Source: Amphiscolops sp. MND2022 (taxonomy: Eukaryota). Taken from it: a DNA stretch of 64,000 nucleotides. The stretch is taken from the NCBI GenBank assembly GCA_964187785.1, contig OZ076409.1:79734001-79798000 (forward strand), in the 5' to 3' direction. The notes under the pieces were generated by a model, which saw only the letters and a program-made list of their open reading frames with translations, had not been told where the DNA came from and searched no databases. This document shows positions 27,717-39,400 of the stretch, piece after piece. The position numbers and the translations under genes were made by a program. Each line of letters starts with the position of its first letter. The stretch's first letter is position 1.

Positions 27717-30700
27717 TGTAGGATTTTTGACTTTTTCGCCTGAAACATGGTGTTTATTAAATTTTATGCCCTCAGCAAGGTAGATGATCCGGGTGTGATA
27801 TCTATGAAATTAAAGATAACAGTAAGTACTTCAAGTACCTCGCCTTATTGTTTAATGTCAATACTATTGTATTCAGCCCCGCGGACAACCAAAATAACCA
27901 TTCTTAGCTGCTATGAAGCGGCCGCGCAACGTATTAATGCAGTAATACGGCCGCCACCACTCAGAACTGTGTAGGAAAATTCTAATCGAAAAGAAACTTT
28001 GACATCGAATTTCTCGGCAATTATTGCTAATACAAGAAAAATTAAACCACCGAAATGTTCCTATTTGACCTGACTACGTGTTGAGTAAACATTTAAGAAC
28101 TTTAAACCAACGTATCCCCACAAAAATTGAACCTAAAGTCATCATTGACTGAGAATAGAGATTTAGCCAAATTGCTATATTAATACATGTGTTTGAGGGT
28201 AAGCGAGTGTGCGTGAACAGCATAGAATGCAACTCAGCTAAGCGTGTCAGAAAGCGAAAGGAATGAAATTAAGAACGCGCTGTGAGTGGCTGTACACATA
28301 GCTAATAAGAAAACGGCCGCCGCACACTTTGGAAATATCCCCTCTCTTAATGCAAGTTAAAAATCAAAACGCGATTTCTCAAAGATGGAAAAAGATATCG
28401 ACAAACGATTTTCAGCATTCGACAGCCCGTCCAAAGGAAAGTTTAGGTTGAGATTATGAGCCCCGTGCAATGACGAGAACATATTTGGGGGGAGCTTTGA
28501 AAATAAGTGCGTATAAAATGTTGACGATTTTCCAAAAATGAGTTTCCTTTAAAAATTTCGTGTGATCGCTATAGTTGTAAAAAAAGGTTCGGATATAGCT
28601 TAAATTAAAGATAAATGAATGCCCTAACTGTTGTCAAATGGAAAATAAATAATAATCAGTAGTTTTTGAGAACTGAGCCAGCAAACGTTAAAAACAGCCC
28701 TAAAATGGCCAAATTAGCCGTTTTTCGCATGTTATCGCTTAGTACTCAACGAGTAAGCGCACAATAGCCGCCCCCTTCACAGCGTACTTGTGAATTGAAG
28801 TGGAGGAGTGAATAGAATAATAAATAGAGTGCTGCGGCGCGCTAGCGAAGAACACCCAAGATTTCAAAGTCGTGATTTCTTTCTGCCGATAGGGATGTCG
28901 ACCTACCAAAATGCTAACTCCCCCCCTGCACGTTTTGGGCGATATCGAGCTGAAACTTTCAGGGTAGACGCACAAGACTCAGGCGCACAGCGTTTAGCGG
29001 GAGCGTTTTTCCGAAAAATGCCCTGGTTTCGAGATATTGGCCTCCAAAATTGAAAGTCCAGACATAAAAATTGGGAAAAAGACTACTTTCAGAAAAAGTA
29101 CTATCAAATTTTGTTGAGAAAAGATAGAGACTTTATCTAAAGTGCAAAATACTCCTAATGGCTTGGGCTAGCGATGTATATAAGCCTCCACTCTGTATCT
29201 TTCAAACTGACTGAGTACGAGCCCTCCAAAGTTGAGAGTTTTGCAAATGTCATCACGTGTTTTTTTTCTACCAAACTTTAAGGGCGTTTTACACCGTTAG
29301 TGAGTTGAAATAGAAAGATAATGATTGATAACGTTTTTGTAGCCCTTGGATTGTTCTGTCGAATAGTTAATTTGGTTTCAGCCCCCGGTGATCGGAACAG
29401 CAAGTTTTTGCCCTTAGAATGCGTAACACGAAGATCGACTTTTCAGGACATAAAATAAGTTCGCCTTTTGGGTCATTGTAAATTGTAGAGAGTTATTTCC
29501 TTCAGCCAGATTTAGCTAGAGAGTTGTCAGGAACCGTGTGGGAAAAAGAGACCTGGCAAAAGGTGCAAATGTCAATCAGTAAGCCGAAGTTCAAGTCGTG
29601 CTTACAAAAGTGGGAAAAACTGAGTCAGTAGCACCGCCCCTTAAATTCTATCGAAAACGAAGTAAAACCACCAGTCATGATTGACAAGGAGGTGGAACCA
29701 GGACTGACTTGTGATGAGAAAATGTACTCCTGATGAATTTTTAGTACCGAAGTAGGGAGAACTGTCTTACTCAACACTTAGTCAGGCCCCCAAAAAGGAA
29801 AGATGACAAATTACGAATACTCAAATGACTAAACTGCCGAAAAAGTAACTTTGGCCGAAGTGTGCGCCATTTTAGCGACACACACCGTGAGTTACAACCT
29901 AGAGAACAGTTTGACTTATTGTTGTGTTGGCGATTTTTATCTGCAGCTACAAGTGAGGTGGAACTCCAAGACCTTGTGTTGAGATAACTTCGGAACAGGA
30001 TTTTGTCGTAAGTGAGGCGGAACTCCAAGACCTTCTTCAAGATCCTTAGCTTCAATCGTGAGTGAGGTGGAACGCCAAGACCTTCGTTGAAGCGTTCCAA
30101 TCGTGCGTGAGGTGAGACTCCAAGACCGTCGTTGGAACAAACCGTTGCAATCGCGAGTGAGGTGACTCCAAGACCTCCGTTGTGGCACCCGTTCTCGAAC
30201 CCTGTTCAATTGTGCGTGAGGTGAGAATCCAAGACTGTCGTTGAACATTCTTGTACTCTTATTCGTGCGTGAGGTGTTGGACTCCAAGACCGTCGTTAGG
30301 ATACAATTGCTTTCACTCCAAGACCGATAGAGATTTGCGGCGAGTTGCTTTGTTCGATATATTACTGATATCACTCCCTATCCTCACGGATAACCAAAAT
30401 CAACACCTTGCTAGAACCCTGCTTATTAATTGAATGTGTTATATGCCTTCTAATTTTAGCTGTAATATTCACCGTATTTATCGATGTTACCTCATAGTAC
30501 ATTCTATTATTCGTGGTTGTGAAATTGTGTTTGTGTCTATTAATCGTCTTATATTATTATTTTGTATTATTTGATGTTCAAACTGCTCTTTTCATTCGTG
30601 AAAAGACCCCTCTCGTATTTTTAACAGCCTAAGAGTAGCGAGACAAACCCCCGAGAAAGAGACCTGATAGCAAAGATAGTCAAAGAACGTGATTTCCTAG

Positions 30701-30879
30701 TCACACTTACTCCCACCGTCTTCAGCTGTATTGATTCGTCTTTGCATTTGAAGTTAAAATAAATTTATGTAGATACTCAGCCATTTCTTGTCTCGTGATT
30801 GGTACCTACGGGTTTAATTGAGTGGTAGTGGAGCAATCTTATGTATTGTTAAAGCTACCGTAATTCCAAAAATCTTACA
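27717..30879 (+). repeat. 5' LTR (3163 bp)
   Basis: TGTAGGATTTTTG...CAAAAATCTTACA (12/13 inverted termini); direct repeat of 39947-43099; AATAAA at 30758. Confidence 0.97.
29953..30325 (+). repeat. Repeat-spacer array in the 5' LTR (7 full + 1 partial GTGAGGTGGAACTCCAAGACC-like repeats, unique spacers)
   Basis: Repeat starts at 29953, 30012, 30062, 30107, 30157, 30216, 30269; partial at 30315; periods 45-59 bp. Confidence 0.9.
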
Positions 30880-30880
30880 T

Positions 30881-30898
30881 TGGCGCTCCTGGGTGGGC
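30881..30898 (+). promoter_or_regulatory. Primer-binding site, probably tRNA-Asn
   Basis: TGGCGCTCCTGGGTGGGC begins 1 nt after the LTR. Its reverse complement GCCCACCCAGGAGCGCCA resembles the metazoan tRNA-Asn(GTT) 3' end (human ..GCCCACCCAGGGACGCCA). Confidence 0.75.
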
Positions 30899-30990
30899 CA
30901 TCTTTGCGTCTTTGCTATTTACTCTTTCTTTTTTTTACTTCTTTCCCTCTTCTACCCTTCACCCTTCGCAGTTGCTGAACCCTTCCCCTG

Positions 30991-32303
30991 ATGTCTGCGG
31001 ACGACGAAACCGAGCAGCAGCAATCACCCACTTGTAAACCACCCACTTGTAAGTCTACTAGCTTTTCCCTCATAGGATCGGCCGCCATGACAAAAGAACG
31101 TAAACAAGATGCTTACAGGTGGAAGAGAGATTTAGAAAAAGAAAAGAAACGTATAAAACTCGAAGAAGACCTTGATTCTGATGATTCCTTAGCACCCGAA
31201 AATGAATCTAGGCGAAAACAAAAACCTCTGTACGAAAAATCACCGTTTAAACCAGAAAAATTCCCCAGTAAAGATTACAACCGTTGGGAAAATTGGGTAA
31301 AATATTTCATGGCAGTTGCGAAAGCCAATGGGTGGAATGATAGTCAAAAAATTGCCGCAATGCCCACTTGTTTAACTTCTTGGGCCATCGAAAAATTTGA
31401 AACTGTCGCCCGAAGGTATATTACAAAAGAACCTGGTTGTTATCACCCCCGGTTTGACGAACTCCTTGAAGTTTTAAAACCTAAAATGCAACAGTACCGC
31501 AGCCAGCGAGCTACACGGTCCGAGTTTAAAGCTGTTAAACAATGGGAAAATGAAGACTTAAGAGAATACTCGAGACAAGTACGCTATCTCGCTGATATAG
31601 CTTTTCCCGAAAAACCGCTCCGGTAAAGGGAGCGGGACATGCGAGATCAATTTATCGAAGGAGTACTTGACTCGCGAATACAAACTAAATTGTATGAAGA
31701 CGAGCGTGACCGTGATTTGCAAAGAGCAAAAGAACTCGAAATAATCCACAAGACTCAAGAATCGAGAAAAGACCGGAAATTCGATAAACTCCGCTACTCC
31801 CAAAATGAATTCGGGTATTCCGATACAGTAAGAGCTGGCTATTCAAACAATAATCAAATTGACAAAAAAATTGCAGCTATCGAAACCTCGTTAACCAACG
31901 TGGCAAGTCGTTTTGATCGTTTTGAAAATTCAATTTGTCAACACATCTCCAAGCATACTGAACAAATCTCGAAATTGGCCAATTCAACAACCATCCAAAT
32001 GGAAACGCTGGTACAGAGTGTAAAAGACATGTCATCAGCGATTGTAGGAGCGTTGGAAAGCTCGCAACGGCCGGTTGGTGGGCAACCCCAGAACTAGCAA
32101 TCTCTTTGTTCGCAACCCCCTGTAACCCCTACCCCTTTTGTACATCCGACTAGGGTTGCACCGTCAGGACATGTAAACATTACGTACCCCCCTCCGGAAA
32201 AAGCAGAATGCTTCCGGTGCAGTCTAATAGGACATTTCGCAAAGGATTGTCCGGCGCGATCCAAACAACATCCTTTAAACTACCATCAGCCGAGTATGCA
32301 GTA
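30991..32303 (+). pseudogene. gag: gag with two in-frame premature stops (31624, 32095)
   Basis: ORFs at 30991 and 31639 share a frame. Capsid-like WENWVKYFMAVAKANGW..MRDQFIEG. Read-through gives CCHC knuckle CFRCSLIGHFAKDC at 32209-32250. Confidence 0.9.
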
Positions 32304-32350
32304 GCAGGTTCTATTCGTGCTTGGGATATTATCCCCTCTCCTACTGCTAC
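32274..32350 (+). promoter_or_regulatory. -1 ribosomal frameshift signal (gag-pol)
   Basis: T TTA AAC in the gag frame at 32274-32280; the -1 frame is the open ORF ..FKLPSAEY. Downstream stem CCGAGTATG/CGTGCTTGG. Confidence 0.75.
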
Positions 32351-34434
32351 AAACTTTCCTAAAACGAATCCGCTTATACGCCCTAGGTCTAGGAGTGACG
32401 AAAGTCGTTTGCGACAGCAAAACCGAAGTAGGCGTATTGATCCGGAAGTTTGGCGACAAATGAGTGAAAAATTTGTCCCCAGAGGGTTCTGTCCGAAGGA
32501 CCCAAATCTTTCCGTTGCAAATAATCCCCCTCAATCAACGGTTTTTGAAGATAAACAAGTCGAGCCCGGTTTGGTAAGAATTTGCCCCAAATCTGGCGTA
32601 GGCTTTCCGAAACAAAACCTGCTGGACGCAGAAGAACTAATACCGATCACCCATAGCAAGTATGTTCCAGGCGCGACTTTTTTTAGTTCCCTACGAAGTA
32701 AAAAATTTCCGATGTTGGGCCGTTATAGATACCGGAGCGAGCAGAAGTTTAATGAGCTTAGAATTAGCACAGGCGATCGGTAATCCGATAACTCCTCACA
32801 ATAGTCGTCTGACCGGCCCCATAGCTAACGAAATGCCGACAAAAGGCATCATAAAAGCAGAAGTAAAAATAGGAACACTTGTAGCCATGGATGAATTTGT
32901 GGTTGTAGAAGATCTACATCCAGAGATATTAGTCGGATTGAAATTCTTAATGGAAAACCAATGCACGGCAGATATGGTCGAAGAAAAGCTAACTATTCCC
33001 CAAGACGACGGTTCAATCGTCAAGGTACCGATGCAAATCTTAGGAGGGCTCATCCTTCCTTCGGAAGAGGACGCCTTTGTTTCGAAACGGTACCAGGCCC
33101 TGACACCGTGTCAGCGGCTTCCGAAACTAACGAAAAATTCGAGCAGGATGTTGACGAAATTTTAAATTTAGCCACCCCTGGTCTCGGAAACCCCGAAATA
33201 AAGAAAAAATTACGAGTGCTTATTCGTAATTATAGAGACGTGTTTTCCCTGCCCGTGGACCCGTTAGGAACTGCGGTAGGAGTAGAACACCACATCGACA
33301 TAGGCGACGCGAAGCCGTTTAAAATATCGCCCAGACGGAGGGTTATACGAATGTCTAAAAACGCCGTTTGGTTTGACGAACGCCCCGCCGACTTTCCAAA
33401 GGAATATGAACAACATATTCAAAGACGACCTCTATAAACACGTGCTGATATTCCTAGATGATGTACTAACGTTTAGTAAAACTCCGGAGGACCATTTGGA
33501 GCATTTGGAAAAAGTGTTTAGAGTATTGCGCAAGTCTGGCTTGAGGCTTAAACCAAAGAAATGTAACTTGTTCCGCACTGAAGTCCACTGTCTGGGCCAT
33601 GTGATAATTAAGGAAGGAATCCAACCAGACCCAAAGAAGTTGGCGGCAATTCGCGAATGGGAACGACCGACTGACGTTACGGGAGTCCGCTCATTCGTCG
33701 CGTTCTGCAATTATTACCGGAAATTCGTCCAAAACTTTGCAAAAGTGGCTCGCCCACTTTATTTATTGACTAGCAAAGGCCTCAAGTTCACCTGGACCGA
33801 AGAGCATGATCAAGCGTTCCAAACGCTGAAGAAAAAGTTGTTGGAGGCTCCGATCCTAGCCTTCCCAAATTTTGAACTCCCGTTCATTATTGATACGGAT
33901 GCTAGTGAGACTGCGCTCGGCGCAGTACTGTCTCAAGTGATCGACGGAACGGAGTATACGATCGCCTTTGAATCTCGAGTTTTCACCAAAACCGAAGTAA
34001 ATTATGCCACGACCAAACGAGAAGCACTTGGATTAATCCAAGCGGTTCAATGGTTCCGACCGTACATATACGGATCAAAATGCATTATCCGAACAGACCA
34101 CGCAAGCCTGCAGTGGTTGTTTAGGCAAAACGCAGATGGAATGACCTTCCGGATGGTTCAAAAATTGCAGGAGTACGACTACCAAATCGTACATCGACCC
34201 GGCGACAAGCATTGTAATGCGGATGGTCTCAGCAGGAGACCAAATGACGTACCACTGTGGCTCCCAGGCGAAGAAGAAACACTAAGAGGTCCGATCCCGG
34301 AATTTACTGAATTTGACAGTGCCCTGTTCGAAGCCGAACGCGACCTACAGGCCGCCAGCACTAAAGCTCGAGAGACGAACGATTTGTCGGAGGATATAGC
34401 CCGGCATTTCAAAATGAAACTCGCTCACCCTCCA

Positions 34435-34860
34435 AGAGAGGTAGTCCGCTATCGCGAAGCAGATTTCCTCGAATCACCAGATTCTTTGGTCTTGTGCATC
34501 GCCGCAGATAAGAGAGTGTCTACCGCTCCTATGAAGTCTTTCATTAGGTCGTATTCTCATCTATCACCCCTCGGAGAATCGGTGAATCGAGTGGGGGGAT
34601 TTCTGGTATACAAGGACGAAAACCATGAGCGTTACGTATATCTATTGATTACGAAACCCCCAATAGAAGAAGTAGCAAAAAATGACACTTTGAAAGTCTG
34701 TCTACTGAGGATGAAAGAACATGCTAGTTCGCACGGAGTCCCTAAACTTGCGATGCCCCGAATAGGCTGTGTTGAGGATGAATTGGAATGGGCAAACGTA
34801 GCGATTTGTCTAGAGGTCGTTTTCCAAGATTCGTATGTTACGATTTCGGTGTATACACCT
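34435..34860 (+). other. TARG1/OARD1-class macrodomain within Pol
   Basis: DSLVLCIAAD..RYVYLLITK..MKEHASSHGVPKLAMPRIGCVEDELEWANVAICLEVVF..ISVYT parallels human OARD1 as recalled: [57 protein letters not shown]..ITVYT. Confidence 0.88.
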
Positions 34861-37156
34861 CGAAATCAAGTACTCAAATACCCTCCCACTTTGCCTAGGC
34901 AAAGTACTTCCACCTCCACAAGTAAAGATCTCGCCTGCTCCGTTGCTACTCCGGAAGAAATGTTAGCAGCAGAGGAAGTAGACGGGCATATTTCGTGGAC
35001 TAGATCAGATAGTGATTTGGCTTATGGCCAACGAATGGATAGAGGCATGGGATTATTATTTCGGGAAATGGTACGGAATGGCATTCGAATAGATGGTTCT
35101 GTAGAAAACCTAGGACCTAACCCAATTCCTCGTGAAGTCGCGTTAACATGGAGTTGTCCAGAGGCCCTGGAGCTCTGGAGTAATTGGGAACACCTCGCCC
35201 TCGCGAATCGGGTTCTTTATAAAAGGTGGGACCCCGGTAATCGTGGTCGAGAGATCTGGCAAGCCGTAGTACCGGCGAGCATGCGAGACGAAATATTGTA
35301 TCAGTTGCATGACTCCCCTCTGAGCGGAGGTCATTTTGCAGTAGAGAAAACCATGTCACGAATTAAACAGAGTTTCTGGTGGTCGGGGCTTAGGCCCAGT
35401 GTCGAGAAATATATTGCAAAGTGTACCCGCTGCGCCGCGTGGTCAACCGCGGGAAAAACTCGGAAAGCTAGTCTGCAAACAATCGATGCGAAGGCGCCAT
35501 TTAGTATTGTAGCAGCGGGTATTTTAGGACCGGTAACACTAGCGAAGAAGTCACAGGCACGATACATCTTGGTCATTTCCGATTTGTACACCAAGTATGC
35601 GGTTGCCGTACCTTTGAAAGACATGACGTCTAAAATTGTGGCCACTTCTTTAGTCGAAGAATGGATCTTAAGGTTTGGGGCACCCGATACTTTGCACACT
35701 GATCAGGGAACGAACTTTAATAGCGAAGTGATGAAAGACATTTGTCAGGTCTTTATGATCGACAAGACTAGGACTTCTCCGTACCACCCTCAGGGAAACG
35801 GCCAGGTTGAACGTTTTAATCGAGTGATTGCCGATACCATATCGAAATTTTGCGCAGAAAAGTCTCAGGAAAGGGACATGTATTTGCCCTATGTTACTTT
35901 CGTGTACAATACGACCGTGCATAAGACTCTCGGCACTACTCCGTTTTCCATGTTGTATGGAAAGGAAGCTCAATACCCGATTGACCTATACTATCCAAAA
36001 CCTCCCGGAGATCCCCGATTGGAGTTAGATGAGATGGGTACCGAGTTAAATGAAAAATTGTACGAAGTACATAGTCACGCGCAAATGACTATGGGAAAAG
36101 AACAACGCCGACAGAAGGAATATTATCAGAGAAAAATCCACAGAGGACCATTTAATCCAGGAGACTTAGTATGGTTACTTGAACCACATCGAGCGAAATC
36201 GCGAAAATTTTATCTCCCCTGGCGCGGTCCATACGAAGTGTTGAAACGAACGAGCGAAATGAATTATCAGATTTGTAAAAAAGGCTTCCCCGACAAGTGG
36301 CAAAATGTCCATTTCAACCGCTTAAAACCGTACATGGGTGAATCACCTCCGAAACGCTCCGAACGGTTAGCCTCCAAGCCGACTCCGAACTTCGAGGAAC
36401 TAGTTGAGGAATCCGATCCCTCCGATACCGAGACCGAAGAACAAACATTCCATGTGTACCGCCCTACTTCGGCGGAAACACAAGCCAATAAAAATCAGCC
36501 TCACGTGTCGTTTCACGACGGCCCCCGCGTGATAGATGTAGAAGACGAGGAGAATACTCGTCTGACTAACAGCCCCTTGTATATAAATGTCCCCGAGTGT
36601 TCCAATGCGGAGTCGTCCCCCGTATATGAAGAAATACACGAAGGAGAGGGACAGCCCCTCCCAGATGACGACGACTCGAACGCAAGTAACCACTCAGACT
36701 CGCTACTCCTAGAAAATACACGGAATCGTCGACCGCCAATCCGCTTCGGCATCGACGAGTACGTGGTACATCCAAAATAACATCAGAGTCTTCGGATGAA
36801 AGTCAGGTGAGTTGAGTCATCCGAAGTAAAGAAGCTCATCATTCGCTTAGCCGTTCACGAGCATGCCTAAGCGAATTATCGTAAGCTCGGACCGTTAATT
36901 AGAAGGTGCTGAGTCATAACTGTAGCGTCACTGACGTCGCTACCGACTCCCCTTCATACTTTGCTTTAACCTCCGCTTAAACAGTCGCTAAAATAGAAAC
37001 GTTGCAGTTTCAATTCCTGCAATCTATTTAACCGGCCTTTGCCTCAAGTATTTATTGTCGTTGTGATCGTCCAACTAGTAACCCGCTTACCTCATCCTTT
37101 TTCGCTTTTAATTAGTTTATATCATCCGAATTTGGAATCGCTAGTATAGTCCTGAA

Positions 37157-39400
37157 ATGTTCTGTGTTTACTTTAATTTTTCTCGCTCACTACGTTTTGG
37201 GAGGAGAAGACGCATTCGACCCATTCGAGTTCCAGAGGAGACTCAATCAACCAGGGTTTGTAAATGGCACCCATTCAATTTCTGGCGCAGCGTTCACTCC
37301 CGAACCTCCCGTCGTACTCGTTAAGTCGATCAAAACTATTTGGACCTATATTCCGTTTCCTCAAATCCCTCAGTTAGATCCAGAACCGTTAAACGAAATC
37401 TTGGATAAAGCTTTAGCTCGATTGGTGTCCCTGGACATACGCATGTTTTCACGAGAATGTGCAGACACGCATTTGTTTAATTATTGGAAAGATTTTCTGC
37501 GCGTTAATTTAGCGGAAATTTTTCAAGCCACCGGATGTTTCAACACGACTGGCTTGCAATGCGAAAATCGCTCACCGTTTTTCTCAACCATACCGTAGAC
37601 GATATCCCCCTAGAAAAACCGAATCGTTACGCTAGATCAATTGTCGGGGCCCTTGCAGGATCTATGTTGGGAAGCGAGTTAGCACATCTCTTCCTAAGAC
37701 CGATATTTGGCCCCATACACGAGACGCTCTCCTGCTTCGTAGATGACCTGATCCCCTTTGGATCAGTGTGCCGGAGTAAAGAGAGAAAAATTATCGAGGA
37801 TTTAGCAAGAGAAATTAAAATCCTGCAGGACGAAGTAGTATATTTAAGGTCGGAATTGTTAGAAACCGTCACAGTGAGAATGCCGGCCGACGTCGGAAAC
37901 CGCGAGTTGCTAGCGTTGAAACAATCCCTGGACGAAAATATACAAATGTTAAATAATACGGTAAATGGAGCGATCGATGAGGTATATGATTATGTAGAAA
38001 GGGCGGAATGCGTAGTCAAATTGACTCAAGACCGACACCGTAACACCTTAATAATGGCCGCCGCGTTTCAAACTCTAACCGTGCAATATCGCCGGATCGT
38101 GAATGAGATCAATCAACGCCGCATCTCTCTGTCAAACATGGCGTCGATGTTACAAGAGGCCATCTCTTCTTTAGTCCATGGCTATTTGCCTATTTCTTTA
38201 ATCCCAACTGCAACGCTGAAAAAGATCCTTGATTCGTACCACGTCACCGGATGAAACGAGGCTATTCCGAGGAAATTAATTGCGGCGTACTATTCATTCG
38301 AAATCGTCAGAGATGCATATGTTACGAACGACGGCTTGCATATGCTATTAGAAATCCCGATGTACGCCGGACACGGAATTCACGAGGTGTACCGTGCTAC
38401 GGCCATCCCGCAACCTATTCCAAATACGGAACGGGCAACGCAATACCAGCTTGCGAAAACCCACTTTCTAATGTCGTGGGACAAGACGAATTTTGCGGAA
38501 GTCCTTGAACAAGAGTTGTCGACGCATTGTTGGGGTTCTCATCGACTTAGGCTATGCAAGCAACCCTTCTCTACTACTAAGTCGCAGAAAACAACATGTC
38601 TAACTGGCCTGTTCTTTAACCTCCCCGCCACTGTACTAAAACTGTGCGCTCAGGAGGTAGTGGCCCTTCCGCAACATCCCCAGGCCATCTATTTATATGA
38701 CTCCACGTATTTACTAACGTCAGCGAAAGGGGATTTTACCATGCAAAATGTGACTTCTACTGTGGATTATCGAGTACCAGACTGTCAAAGCTGCCTAGTG
38801 AGACCTACTTGCGACGGAAGATTACAACTCCCCAATGCAGGTTTGTTTCTTACCCCGGACCCGATATCTTGCGCCGATAACCAAGTTAGCGAAATTGTCA
38901 GAATTATGCCGACTCCTTTATTGAGACCCCTGTTTGAAAATCTAAAAGAGTTAGAAGGAGTGATTCCTCCCTCCTTAATGGGAGACGTACACCAAGAACT
39001 TTTGTCACACTTGAAATTAAATTTGGCAGGCTTGCCAGACAGGGCTATTACCGAAGAAATGGCAGATGCTATAGCTAAGCCCTTTTTAATCGAAGTAGAA
39101 AAAGTTCACTCCACCGTCCTAAAGAAAGTGTGGACAGATGTTATTTTACCATGTGTTGTTACTCTGATTATTTTAACTTTCTTGGGAATTCTATGCTGGC
39201 TGGTAAAGAGGGGACAACTGTACATCATGCGTGCCTGTATACAACGACTGCTGAGAAGGGGAGACGAAGATGAACCAGAAGAACAACGATTGTCCAGAAT
39301 TGCAGATGAGCTACAACAACTTTCTGCCTCCACCCGAACCGATGGGAATGCGAAAACTCCTGATCTTCCCCAAGGAGAAAAGAAGCCCCGATCCAAGTAG
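37157..39400 (+). pseudogene. env: env, class I fusion glycoprotein (errantivirus/baculovirus-F-like); frameshift ~37530, in-frame TGA at 38252
   Basis: Signal-peptide-like N-terminus; RYAR cleavage site then hydrophobic SIVGALAGSMLG; heptad repeats; GYLPISLIP and LEIPMY..VYRATAIPQP; Cys-rich region; C-terminal TM VILPCVVTLIILTFLGILCWLV. Confidence 0.85.

Larger units (their letters stand above)
32274..36780 (+). pseudogene. pol: pol: aspartic protease, RT (partly deleted), RNase H, macrodomain, integrase
   Basis: Protease AVIDTGAS. RT PFGLTNAPPTFQR and IFLDD. RNase H TDAS..REALG..TDH..NADGLSR. Integrase H-H-C-C, TDQG, GQVERFN, GPY. Frameshifts near 32690 and 33090. Confidence 0.95.

Noticed and set aside
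29953..30325. True CRISPR array
   Set aside because: Eukaryotic LTR context, no cas genes, repeats vary in length and spacer edges are partly conserved; reported only as CRISPR-like.
29771..30374. Minus-strand ORFs (109 and 145 aa) present in both LTRs
   Set aside because: Non-ATG starts and repeat-derived periodic peptides; their duplication just reflects LTR identity.
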